Source: an uncultured Verrucomicrobiae bacterium (lineage in GTDB: Bacteria; Verrucomicrobiota; Verrucomicrobiia; Chthoniobacterales; Chthoniobacteraceae). Taken from it: DNA of 64,000 nucleotides. How positions within the stretch are numbered: the stretch's first letter is position 1; each line of letters starts with the position of its first letter. The notes beneath the pieces were generated by a model, which was given only the letters and a program-made list of their open reading frames with translations, did no database searches and had not been told where the DNA came from. Of the stretch, positions 31,345 to 41,411 are shown piece by piece. The stretch lies in the NCBI GenBank assembly GCA_963769025.1, contig CAVYKI010000002.1:382364-446363 (forward strand), given 5' to 3'. Made by a program: the position numbers and the translations under genes.

Positions 31345-33171
31345 ATGAAACTATCAGCCTCCGCCCTTGCCAAACTCCATCGCACACTCGGTGCGCTCAT
31401 CGTCTCCGTGAGCGCCTCGCTTGCCCAGAACGCCGTGCCTCCCGCGCCGCTCGCGCCGCCGGTCGTTCCGCCGGCAGCGGCGCCGATTGATCCGCCCACG
31501 GCTCCGCTTCCGCCGCTCGCCGCCGCCGGCTGCGGTCCCGCCGCCGGTGGCACGCTCGCTCCTGCGCCGATTGAGCCTCCGATCCAGACTCCCGGTGGCG
31601 CTCCGCTGCCCGCGCCTGGCGATCCTGCGGCTGTCGCGCCCGGCACGCCTTGGCGTGCTCGAGATGAACAATTCCCGCGTGAGTGAATTTCAGGGTGACG
31701 ACGTTTCGCTCGTGCTCCGCACGCTCGCACGGCAGGCGAAGATGAACGTCGTCGTGAGCCCCGCAGTCACGGGCCCCATCACGCTGCGCGTGGAAAACAA
31801 GACGCCCGCGGAGGTGATGCGCATCATCTGCCAGGCGAATGGTCTCATCATCGACGAGATGGAAGGCGTCATGTACGTGAAGACCACGGCCGAAAAGCAG
31901 AAGGAGCCCACCGAATCGCACCAGTACACCTTCAGCTACGCCAAGGCCTCGGACATCTCGCCGCTCCTCCAGTCGCAGCTCACCAGCGGCGTGGCGCCGC
32001 AGTTTGACGTCCGCACGAACACGATCTTTTTCCGCGAGGGAAAATCGAATGCGGAGAAGGTCATGAAATTCCTCGAAGATGTCGATTCGCCGACCAAGCA
32101 GGTGATGATCGAAGCGCGCCTCGTGGAAGTGACCGCGAATCCGAAGCAGAGCTACGGCATCAACTGGGGCGGCGTGGTCGGCAGTTCCTCGACGCCGATG
32201 TCGATCAAGTACGGCGGCTCCCAGCTCAACCCGGGGACCACGCCCGTCACCTCCTCGACGAGCGGCGGCTCCTTCCAGCTGAACGATGTCCTGCGCAACG
32301 CGACGAACGTGTCGAGCCTCTCGAACAGCGTCGCCGGACAGTTCTCGATCCTCTCCGTCCAGCAGATGTCGCTGACGATGCGCCTGCTCAACGAGGACAG
32401 CGATGCGGAATTCCTCGCGAACCCGCGCATCGTCGCCGCGAACAACCAGAAGGCGACCATCAAGATCACGCGCAACCAGCCGGTGCCGCAGTTGAACTTC
32501 AACGAGCAGACCGCGCAGGCCGTGTTCGGCGGGTTCCAGGACAAGGAATTCGGCAACACGCTCACCGTCACGCCCTCGATCAACAAGGACCAGTTACGTC
32601 TCGATGATGGTCCAGCCCGAGATCAGCAACAAGGTGGGCGACGCCACGTTCACCTTCAGCGGTGCCACGGTCGCCAGCCCGATCATCGACAAGCGCACGT
32701 TCGACTCGAACGTGCTCATCAGGAGCGGCGAGACGCTCGCCATCGGCGGCCTGCTGCAGGATGAAATCACCAAGGGCAGCAACAAGGTGCCGGTGCTCGG
32801 GCGACATCCCGCTCTTCGGCAAAATCTTCCAGGAAAAGAACAACACGCGCACCAAGCGGAACCTCCTGGTGTTCGTCACGCCGAACATCATCAACCAAGG
32901 CTACGGCACGGGCCTCGAAAGTCAGATCACCGGCCTGAAGAACACCGGCAATGAATTCGCCGACCCGAACGGGTGGAGGAACAACGCCAAGGGCGCGATT
33001 CGCCTCAAGAAATCGTCCGACAAGCCGCTCGCCGCGGAATACGCGCCGCCGGTGAGTGCAAGAGGTCGGACTGTCGTCATCCAGCATGGTGCGGGTGCCA
33101 CCGGTGACTACAAAGGCGACGCCGCTGCGATCCGGGGCAGATACAAGGTGAACGCCGCCGCCCTCGAGTAG
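31345..33171 (+). CDS. type II secretion/type IV pilus secretin (GspD/PilQ-like), several apparent frameshifts
   Basis: Pro-rich N-terminus, STN-like domain, QVMIEARLVEV, ANPRI, LTVTP.I, SGETLAIGGL, IPLFGKIF, LLVFVTP. Confidence 0.85.
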
Positions 33172-33199
33172 GCGCGAGGTCTCAACTCAGATTCCACAG

Positions 33200-33233
33200 G
33201 ACGCCGGCCAGCGATGGCCGGCGTCTTTCGTTT
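33200..33233 (+). terminator. intrinsic terminator after the secretin
   Basis: GACGCCGGCCA-GCGA-TGGCCGGCGTC followed by TTTCGTTT. Confidence 0.7.
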
Positions 33234-33275
33234 CCAGGCGGAGCCGCGAATGGCGGCGGCCGTGTCTCCGCGAGA

Positions 33276-34858
33276 TTAGCGGCGCCGCGGGCTTCGCCGG
33301 CTAGCTTCTCGAAGTCGCCGGGGCTCACCCAGCCGGCGTTCAGCTTTTCGCCGCGCATGAAGCGCTCGTAGAAGCCGACGTGGCCTTGGTTCGCGTGCGG
33401 GTATTCGTCGAAGATGGCGCCCTTGCCGTCCATGCGCGGATCGCCCTGCTCGCGGAGTTCGGCGTACATCTGCGAGCGCAGCGCGGACTGGATGGCGACT
33501 GGGGCTCGGCTTGCCGGCGAGGTTGTGGATGGCGTCGGGATCGTCGGTGAGATCGTAGAATTCCTCGCCGGGGCGCAGGCCGAAGCAGAGCGCCCAGAAC
33601 TGGTCGGCGGGATCCACGCGATGCGCGTCGAGGATGAAGGTCTTCGTCGCGCCCGCGTCGCAGTCGAGGTAGCCGGTCTCGGGATTGCCGCCGGGCCAGC
33701 GCGTGGGCTCGAAGTTTTGCAGGTACAGCCAGCCGTCCTTGATGATGCCGCGCGTCGGGTAGCCCCAGTCGTGCGGGCGGCCGATGTCGGTGCGCTCCTT
33801 GCCGATGAGCACGTGGTCGCGCTCCGGATTCGATGCGCCCGCTTTTCTCCGAGCGGAAAATGTCCGTGAGACTGCGACCGGGCGACGGCGCCATGCCGGT
33901 CTCGCTCCCACTTCAGCCTGGCGAGCTTCGATGAACGTCGGCGCGAGGTCGACGAAGCTCACGAAGTCCTCGACGATGCGGCCCGGCTTCGCGATGCCCG
34001 CGCGGCCACATCGCGGCGAGCGGCACGTGATTCGCGAGCTTCGTACGCGTTGCCCTTGCCGCGCGGGAAAGGCATGCCGTGGTCGCGACGTCACGATGAC
34101 GAGCGTGTTGCGCGAGCAGGCCGCGCTTTTCCAGGTCCGCGAGCATCCGCCCGAGGTGCCGGTCGAAGTGCTCCACCTCGAATGCGTAGTCGAGCATGTC
34201 GTTGCGCACCGTGTCGTTGTCCGGCCAGAAGGCCGGGACGCGGTCGATGTCGCGTGAGCTTCTTGCCGCCCTTCGCGACGCCGGAGCCGAATTCGTAGCC
34301 GCGATGCGGCTCGATCGCGCCGTACCAGAAAGCACCACGGCTTGTCCTGTCGGCGCGGCGTCGAGGAAGTCGGCGAAATTCGCGGCGTAGTCGTTGTTGC
34401 TGATGTCCGTCGTCGGCGGCTCCGCCTTGCGCGCGTTGAACGGCTTGCCGGTCATCAGCCGCGGCTTGCCGTCCGCGTCCTTCGCCACGCCCGGGCCCCC
34501 AGCCCTTCATCGTGTATCCCACGAACCAGCCGTGCTCCGCGAGCGCCTCGGCCCAGCCTTTGAACTCCGGCGGGAAAATAGCAGATGTGATTCGCCGCCT
34601 CCTTGAGCTGCCACGAGTTGCGCCCCGTGAGGATGCACGCGCGCGACGGCGCGCACTTCGCCATTCGGCGTGTAGGCGTGCTTGAAAAGCAGCGCCCTCG
34701 CTCGCGACGCGATCGAAGGCGGGCGTCTTCACCCACTTCGTGCCGTAGGCGCCCGCGTGCGCGCCCCAGTCGTCGGCGATGGCGAAGAGGATGTTCGGCC
34801 GTTCTTCCGCGGCGGAAACGCCGAGGACCACGCACAGGAGCAGGAGGAATGCTTTCAT
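33276..34858 (-). CDS. sulfatase (many apparent frameshifts; 3' end approximate)
   Basis: [23 protein letters not shown] (CxPxR), [29 protein letters not shown] across frames. Confidence 0.85.
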
Positions 34859-34970
34859 GGGGATTCGCGAAACGTGATGCCGCCGCGCGGGCGGATTGTC
34901 CATCCTCGTCCCGGCAATGAACGGCTGGATGCGGACCCGGCGAACTTGCGATTCCTGGCGCGGTGAAGCC

Positions 34971-35303
34971 TCAGGCCTTTTTCACGAAGCACGCCTTCAG
35001 GCCGACCGCGATGCCGTCCACCTTGCAGGAAATCTCGTGGTCGCCGTCCCCGAGGCGGATCGGTTTGGACTTCGATCCGCCCTTGAGCACCTGCGAGCCG
35101 CTCAGCTTCAAGTCCTTGATGAGGATGACGCAGTCGCCGTCGGCGAGCACGTTGCCGTGCGCGTCCTTCACGGTGCGCGCGGCGTCGGGCGCGTCGGGCG
35201 CGGCTTCGCGCGGCCATTCGTGGCCGCAGGTCACGCATTCCCAGCGGTCGGAATGTTCCAGCACGTCGGTCATCTCACACATCGGGCACGCGGGTTTGGA
35301 CAT
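34971..35303 (-). CDS. PhnA/YjdM zinc-ribbon family protein
   Basis: CPMC...CVTCGHEW, VKDAHGNVLADGD, IKDLK. Confidence 0.9.
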   Translation of the reverse strand: MSKPACPMCEMTDVLEHSDRWECVTCGHEWPREAAPDAPDAARTVKDAHGNVLADGDCVILIKDLKLSGSQVLKGGSKSKPIRLGDGDHEISCKVDGIAVGLKACFVKKA

Positions 35304-35429
35304 AAGGTTGCACGCTAACCATGTTCGGCGCCGCGACTCAACCGCACACTCCGGTCCGGCGGCTGCCCCGATGCGAATCAGGATTGTGAAACGCGCGCGA
35401 TCGGTGAATTTGCAAACCCGTCACACCCC

Positions 35430-36785
35430 ATGAACGCCATGCCTCCTTCCTTGCTTCGCATTTTCCTGCTCCTCGCGGGGCTCACCGTCGGATTCGTCAC
35501 GCAGCCCGCCTTTTCGCGGGTGGGTTACATTCCCGAGGACTGGGCCGCGATGTCGCCGCGTGATGAAATCCGTCCCTCGTTTTCATACGATCCAAAGGGC
35601 GGGCCGAAAGGCACGGGCGCACTCGAGATCATCCACGATCAGCGCGAGGGGCTGGATGGCTGGTTCCAGAAATCATTCGCGGTGATCGGCGGAGAATTCT
35701 GCCGCGTGTCGGCGACGCGGAAGACCAAGGACGTCGCCGTCCCTCGGCACAGCGCGCTGGTGCGCGTGGTCTGGCGGGACGATGCCGGGAAGTCGGTGCG
35801 GGCCGATGCGCCGGTGGGAAGCGAAACAGGAGGCCGCCCGCTTTTCTCCGCCGAGCCGGAACATCCCGCGGATGGCGCGACCGACGCGGAAGGTTGGACG
35901 ACTGTCTCCGGCGTCTATCGCGTGCCGGCGAAGGCCACGCACGCAATCGTCGAGTTGCACTTGCAGCATGCGCCAAATGGCCGCGTGGCGTGGAGCGACG
36001 TGACCGTTTCCAAGACCGAGCCGCCGCCTTCGCGCAAGGTCCGGCTCGCGACGGTCCACTACCAGCCGCACGGGAAATCGCCGCGCGAGAACTGCGAGGA
36101 ATTCGCGCCGCACATCGCGGAGGCCGCGAGGCAAAAGGCGGATCTCGTGGTGCTCGGCGAGACGGTGCCGACGGCGAGCCTGAAGCAGAAGGCGGTGGAA
36201 TTTGCCGAGCCGATCCCCGGGCCGTCCACCGACTACTTCGGCACACTCGCCGCGAAGCACCGGCTCCACATCGCGCTGAGCCTCTACGAGCGCGACGGCC
36301 ATCTCGTTTACAACACCGCCGTGCTGATCGGCCCGGATGGAAAGCTCATCGGCAAATATCGCAAGGTCTGCCTGCCGCACGGCGAAGTGGAGAAGGGGAT
36401 CGCGCCCGGTCGCGACTATCCGGTGTTCGATACGGCGTTCGGGAAAGTCGGCCTGATGGTGTGCTACGACGGCTTCTTCCCCGAGGTCGCTCGCGAGCTG
36501 AGCAATCGCGGCGCGGAGGTGATCGCGTGGCCCGTGTGGGGCTGCGATCCGCTGCTGGCGCGCGCCCGTGCGTGCGAAAATCACGTCTATCTTGTGAGCA
36601 GCACCTTCACCGCGGCGGAGAATGACTGGATGATCTCCGCCGTCTTCGACCGCGCCGGCACGCCCATCGCGAAGGCCGTGAAGTGGGGCACGGTCGCCGT
36701 GGCCGAGGTGGACCTGGCGCAGCCGTTCGTCGGTCCGTACAACCTCGGCGATTTCCGCTCGATGGTCCCGCGCCACCGTCCGTAG
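35430..36785 (+). CDS. secreted carbon-nitrogen hydrolase (nitrilase family) with N-terminal carbohydrate-binding-like domain
   Basis: Signal peptide; catalytic E (VLGE), K (YRKV), C (VCYD). Confidence 0.85.
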   Translation: MNAMPPSLLRIFLLLAGLTVGFVTQPAFSRVGYIPEDWAAMSPRDEIRPSFSYDPKGGPKGTGALEIIHDQREGLDGWFQKSFAVIGGEFCRVSATRKTKDVAVPRHSALVRVVWRDDAGKSVRADAPVGSETGGRPLFSAEPEHPADGATDAEGWTTVSGVYRVPAKATHAIVELHLQHAPNGRVAWSDVTVSKTEPPPSRKVRLATVHYQPHGKSPRENCEEFAPHIAEAARQKADLVVLGETVPTASLKQKAVEFAEPIPGPSTDYFGTLAAKHRLHIALSLYERDGHLVYNTAVLIGPDGKLIGKYRKVCLPHGEVEKGIAPGRDYPVFDTAFGKVGLMVCYDGFFPEVARELSNRGAEVIAWPVWGCDPLLARARACENHVYLVSSTFTAAENDWMISAVFDRAGTPIAKAVKWGTVAVAEVDLAQPFVGPYNLGDFRSMVPRHRP

Positions 36786-36793
36786 GCGCGAAA

Positions 36794-36853
36794 CGTAAGG
36801 CGGACAATCCTGTCCGCCCGCCTGACTGCGCGGACAGGATTGTCCGCGTTACG
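36794..36853. repeat. REP doublet (REPIN-like) between convergent genes
   Basis: CGTAAG-GCGGACAATCCTGTCCGC ... GCGGACAGGATTGTCCGC-GTTACG; each arm is itself palindromic. Confidence 0.75.
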
Positions 36854-36862
36854 CCCGCCCTC

Positions 36863-37879
36863 CTACTTTGTGGCGATGATGGCGCTCGCCGTGGTCGGCG
36901 GGAGCGGGTGCAGCGTGGCCTCGCCGAAACCCGCATCGGCGAGCATCGCGCGATATTCGGTGAAGGTGTAAGCGTCGCCCTCGGGCGTCGTGCCGAGCAT
37001 CATGAGGCTGAACGCAGCAGGGGAGGGCGGCGTGATGCGGTCGTCGTTCGGGACAAACTCCACGATGAGCACGCTCCCGCCCGGACGCAGCGCGTCAAGG
37101 ACGCGGCGCAGGAAGCGCGTGCAGTCGGCCGCATTGAAATGGTGGAGAAAATTCGGGATGAGCACCAGGTCGTAGCCCGTGCCGAGTTCCGCCGTGAAGG
37201 CATCGCCCTCGATCGTGCTGAAGCGGTCGGCGAGGCCCGCGGCGCTCACATTTTCCGTGGTGACGGCGAGCACGGGCTTCCAGTCGAGCGCGACGAGATG
37301 CGTGAGCGGATTCTTTTGCGCGACGGCGATTCCATACGCGCCGTGGCTCGCGGCGATGTCGAGGACGCGCGTCTCGTGCGCGGCATCGAGCTGCACGAGG
37401 CCCGCGGCGGCGCGCGCAGCGGCGGTCATCATCGGTCCCATGGCGCGGGCAAATTCCATCCACGCGGGATGCTCGGGCGCGGTGGTGCCCAGTTCGGAAG
37501 TGTGGATGCGGCCGCGCCGCACGGTGGCCGCGAGATCGGCGAATGCCTCGGTGAGTCCCGGTGTGAAGAAGAACTTCGCCGAGTCGCCGACGTACGCGGG
37601 CGAATTGCGGTCGAGGAAGAACGCCGTATCCGGCGTGAGTGCGTATTGGGCGCCGTCCTTGGTGAGAAAACCGAGGATGGTGAGCGTGTCGCAGAGGATG
37701 CGGATTCCGCGCTCCGGGCACTTGCAGCGCGCGGCGATTTCCGCGGCCGTGGAGGGCGTCCCGCCGATCGCGGTGAACATCCCGAGCTCGATCGCCGCCT
37801 TCAGCGCCCCGGCGCGCTGAGAGGCGTTGATGGTTTCAAAATAAAGTTGCGGTGACGGAGCGGCGGTGGCGTCGGGCAT
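36863..37879 (-). CDS. O-methyltransferase (dimerisation + Methyltransf_2)
   Basis: LKAAIELG, VLDIAASHG, LDW, GDAF, NFLHH. Confidence 0.9.
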   Translation of the reverse strand: MPDATAAPSPQLYFETINASQRAGALKAAIELGMFTAIGGTPSTAAEIAARCKCPERGIRILCDTLTILGFLTKDGAQYALTPDTAFFLDRNSPAYVGDSAKFFFTPGLTEAFADLAATVRRGRIHTSELGTTAPEHPAWMEFARAMGPMMTAAARAAAGLVQLDAAHETRVLDIAASHGAYGIAVAQKNPLTHLVALDWKPVLAVTTENVSAAGLADRFSTIEGDAFTAELGTGYDLVLIPNFLHHFNAADCTRFLRRVLDALRPGGSVLIVEFVPNDDRITPPSPAAFSLMMLGTTPEGDAYTFTEYRAMLADAGFGEATLHPLPPTTASAIIATK

Positions 37880-38001
37880 GGGATGAAGGAGTGCGCAGCT
37901 ACCGAAGGCGGGGCGCCTTAGCGATGAAAGAATTCTTTCGCGGGGAAACTGAAGTGCAGGATTCCCTGTCAGCCCACGCCGATCTGTGCCACACACCGCG
38001 C

Positions 38002-38349
38002 ATGAATGTCGAACGACTCAAATATGTGATCTGGGCTGCGGACATGCAGCGCGCGGTGGACTTCTACGTGAAGGTCTTCGGCGGTTCGGTGCTGAAGCAG
38101 AATGAAATCATCAGCGAAGTTTCCATCTGCGGCGGCGTCATCGGCATCCACGGCGGCGGCGAGGGAAAGCGCACGTGGACGGGCCTGAGCTTCCAGGTGC
38201 CCGATGTCATCGCGGGCGCGGCGGAGATCGTCGCGGCCGGCGGCCAGCTCGTCCGCGAACCGCAGCCCGAGGACGGCGAGCCGCCGCACCTCGCCATGTG
38301 CGTGGACCCCGAGGGCAACGAGATCATGCTCACGCGCAAGCGCTCGTAG
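38002..38349 (+). CDS. VOC/glyoxalase family protein
   Basis: DMQRAVDFY..VFG, LSFQVPD, DPEGN. Confidence 0.9.
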   Translation: MNVERLKYVIWAADMQRAVDFYVKVFGGSVLKQNEIISEVSICGGVIGIHGGGEGKRTWTGLSFQVPDVIAGAAEIVAAGGQLVREPQPEDGEPPHLAMCVDPEGNEIMLTRKRS

Positions 38350-38378
38350 GGCGACGCTTCGAACGCACGCATCGCCGC

Positions 38379-39176
38379 ATGTCCTTCCTCGAACGCCTCC
38401 TCTCCATCGGCCCCATCCGCAAGGCGATCTGGCGGATGTGGTATCCCTTCCTCACGCGCCGCCTGCGCGGCGATGAGGTGCTCTTCCTGAACTACGCCTT
38501 CGAGACCGAGCCGCCCGTCGGCCTGCCGCTCGCGCCTGCGGACGAGCCGGACCGCGCGTGCATCCAGCTCTATCATCACGTCGCATCGCAGGTGGAATTG
38601 CGCGGACGCGACGTGCTCGAGGTGAGCTGCGGACATGGCGGCGGCGCCTCGTGGATCGCGCGCACCATGCCGCCAAAAAGCTACACCGGCCTCGACCTGA
38701 ACCCCACGGGCATCCGCTTTTGCCAGCAGCGCCATGTCGTGCCGGGCCTCCGCTTCATGCAGGGCGACGCGCAGAAGCTCCCGTTCCCGGATGCCTCGTT
38801 CGATGCCGTCATCAACGTCGAGGCCTCCCATTGCTACCCCGATTTTCCGCGCTTCCTCGCCGAGGTCGCGCGCGTGCTCCGGCCCGACGGCCACTTCCTC
38901 TACGCCGACTTCCGCTTCGGCGCCGAAATCCCCATCTGGGAAAAAGCCATCGCCGACGCCCCGCTCCAGATCGTCCGCACGCGCGACATCGGCGCAAATG
39001 TCCTCCTCGGGATGGACCGCAACGGCGAGCGCAGCCTGCGGCTCATCCGCGAACGTCTCCCGCGCTTCATGCACGCGCTCGGCCGCGACTTCGCCGGCGT
39101 CCCCGGCTCCCGCGTGTACGTCGCGCTCCAGACCGGCGAGCTCTCCTACCGCTCCTGGTGCCTCCGCAAGCCCTGA
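38379..39176 (+). CDS. class I SAM methyltransferase, similar to mycobacterial lipid O-methyltransferases
   Basis: FLNY, IQLYH, VLEVSCGHGGG, GDAQKLPF, INVEASHCY. Confidence 0.85.
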   Translation: MSFLERLLSIGPIRKAIWRMWYPFLTRRLRGDEVLFLNYAFETEPPVGLPLAPADEPDRACIQLYHHVASQVELRGRDVLEVSCGHGGGASWIARTMPPKSYTGLDLNPTGIRFCQQRHVVPGLRFMQGDAQKLPFPDASFDAVINVEASHCYPDFPRFLAEVARVLRPDGHFLYADFRFGAEIPIWEKAIADAPLQIVRTRDIGANVLLGMDRNGERSLRLIRERLPRFMHALGRDFAGVPGSRVYVALQTGELSYRSWCLRKP

Positions 39177-39298
39177 GACTGTGTTGAAAAAGCTACTTAG
39201 GAAGGCAGGAAGGCAGGAAAATCCCGGAGTTCTCCAAAGGGGCTTCCTGCCTTCCTGCCTTCCTCAGAGATTCCAAAATGGGACTTTTCAACACTCTC
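39177..39298. mobile_element. 122-bp MITE-like element
   Basis: 14-bp terminal IRs (12/14), TGA on both flanks, internal perfect 21-bp IR (39199-39219 / 39244-39264). Confidence 0.65.
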
Positions 39299-39469
39299 TG
39301 AGCGTCGGCCATCGTCCCCGCTCCTTGGAGTAAAGGCAGCTCCATCGGGAAACGTGGGCGAACGAACCCCCGGCGAAGTCGTCGAACAAGCTGGCGAAGG
39401 TTCGGCCCGACCACCATTGCATCCACCGCGTTCCCTCCACTCCCCGGTTTCCGCAGGATGGCCCCCCGG

Positions 39470-39805
39470 AGAAGCTAGACGGCGACCGCCGAAAGGCAGA
39501 GCGCAGCCCGGAAAAGGAAGATGGAACTCCGCGAAAGGAAGACTGCATTCGACGAAAGGAAGACTGCATTCGACGAAAGTAAGACTGCATTCGACGAAAG
39601 TAAGACTGCATTCGACGAAAGTAAGACTGCATTCGACGAAAGTAAGACTGCATTCGACGAAAGTAAGACTGAATCGCCCGAAAGGAAGACTGCATTCGAC
39701 GAAAGAAAGACTGAATCGCCCGAAAGGAAGACTGCATTCGACGAAAGAAAGACTGAATCGCCCGAAAGGAAGACTGCATTTGCCGAAAGGAAGACAGAAA
39801 ACGAA
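39470..39805. repeat. 21-bp tandem repeat (13 clear units from 39533 plus ~3 degenerate)
   Basis: GAAAG(G/T/A)AAGACTG(CATTCGAC/AATCGCCC) units without spacers. Confidence 0.95.
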
Positions 39806-39977
39806 AATTTCCGGACACAAAATGGCGCACTCTGCTGCGAAGTTCAGAATCGCAAGCCGCAATCATTCAGATTGTTACATCGAATTGCACAGATTTCCGA
39901 ACGGGCCTGTCCAAATTTCGACACCCCTCCACACCCCCGTTTTCGCCGGTTTTCAGGCAATCACACCGTGCCGCAGT

Positions 39978-40090
39978 CCGACCGTCCCACCGTCCGCCCG
40001 TCCGCCCGTCCCACCGTCCCACCGTCAACCGTCCCACCGTCCCACCGTCAACCGTCCGCAACCGTCCCAACCGTCCCAACCGTCAACCGT
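39978..40090. repeat. simple-sequence tract of CCGTC-core 7-10 bp units
   Basis: ...ACCGTCCC ACCGTCCC ACCGTCA ACCGTCCC...; followed by TTCGTGTGTTTCGTGCCTTTCGCG. Confidence 0.85.
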
Positions 40091-40139
40091 GCCTCCCCTC
40101 CACATTCGTGTGTTTCGTGCCTTTCGCGGTCCAATTTCC

Positions 40140-41410
40140 GGTTCATCCGGGGAGTGATGGCTAAACGCCGCTGAGTTTGAGGGAGGATTCATGGAGGCTG
40201 TAGAGTTTGAGATGAAGGAACTCGATGTCGCGATAGCCGTATGCGGCGCGAGTCATGGCTCCGACCTTGTTGTTGATGCCTTCGAGTTTGCCGCTGGAGA
40301 TGGGGTGCTCGAAGTAGTTGAGGATGCCGGCGGCGTGGGCGCGCAGGGTCCTGGCCAGGCCTTCCATCTGGCGGATGCCGCTGCCCAATGCGCGGGCGAT
40401 CCAGCGCTCCAGGAAGCGGCGCATGGCGTCCCGGGTGCCGCGGCTCCAGAGCAGGCGCAGTTCTTCCTTGAGATAGTAGGCGGTGGAGAGCGGTTGGTTG
40501 AAGCGCAGGGCCTCGGCGAGTCTGTCGCGTTTGTCCTCGGTGAGCTTCTCGCTGCCCGTGAGCAGCAGGTAGCGGGAGCCTTTGAGGGTCTGGTAGCCGA
40601 GCACCTCGGCCTCGCGCTGGAGGGCGCGCCGCAGGTCGTCGATCTTTTCATTGGCCAGTTTGATGATGTGGAAGTGGTCGAAGACGGCGTGCGGCGAGAT
40701 GGCGCTCCAGTAGGCGGCACTCATGTCGCAGGCCACCGCCTCCACGCGTGCCCTGGCCAGCCGCAGCCGCCGCCAGAACTTGCGCAGTGCATCCCCGCCG
40801 CGCCCCTTGGCCACCCAGAGGATGCGACCGGTGTCCAGATCGATGACCAGCGTGAGGAACTTCGCCTTCTTGCCCAGATGGATTTCATCAATGGCCAGCC
40901 GCCGGACCTCCCGCAGCGGGATGCGCGCATAGCGCCGCCGCAGGTCGGCCTTGACGATCTCCTTGACGGTGTCCCACCCCAGATGCGCCAGCGCCGCCAC
41001 CTCCGAGAGCGTCATGAAACGGCTCAGCTCGCAGGCGAACTCCGCGAGCCCATGCGTGTAGTGCGCGTAGGCCGGGGCAAAAAGGGGGCCACCTCGAACC
41101 CATGCCCGCACACCCGGCACTGGCAGCGCGGCACCTCAGCCACCAGCACCACTTCCTTGAGCCCAATGGGCACCGTGCGAATGCGCCGCCAACGCTTGCC
41201 ACGCCGCATCGCCGGTCCGGCCCCACACTTCGGGCAGACCAGCTCCTCCTCCTTCACCGCCAGATGAAACTCCACCCGCCCCTCCACGTACCCGGTCTTC
41301 ACATATTCATACCCTTCACGGACCCCAAACGCATGATACAAAAGGCTCTGGCTCATCCCTCCCTTCTACCACTTCCCAACCCCTGTAAGCCATAACTCCC
41401 CGGATGAACC
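40140..41410 (-). mobile_element. ISL3-family insertion sequence
   Basis: Terminal IRs GGTTCATCCGGGGAGT(G/T)ATGGCT (22/23) enclosing a transposase. Confidence 0.92.
40161..41356 (-). CDS. ISL3 transposase (split at CCCCCTTTTT ~41080)
   Basis: N-terminal zinc finger CPKC...CRVC; IDE, CDMS, FDHFH, LEGINNK...AYGYR. Confidence 0.9.
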
Positions 41411-41411
41411 G

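Noticed and set aside
39470..39805. CRISPR array
   Set aside because: Units are contiguous 21-mers with no unique spacers, and no cas genes are present.
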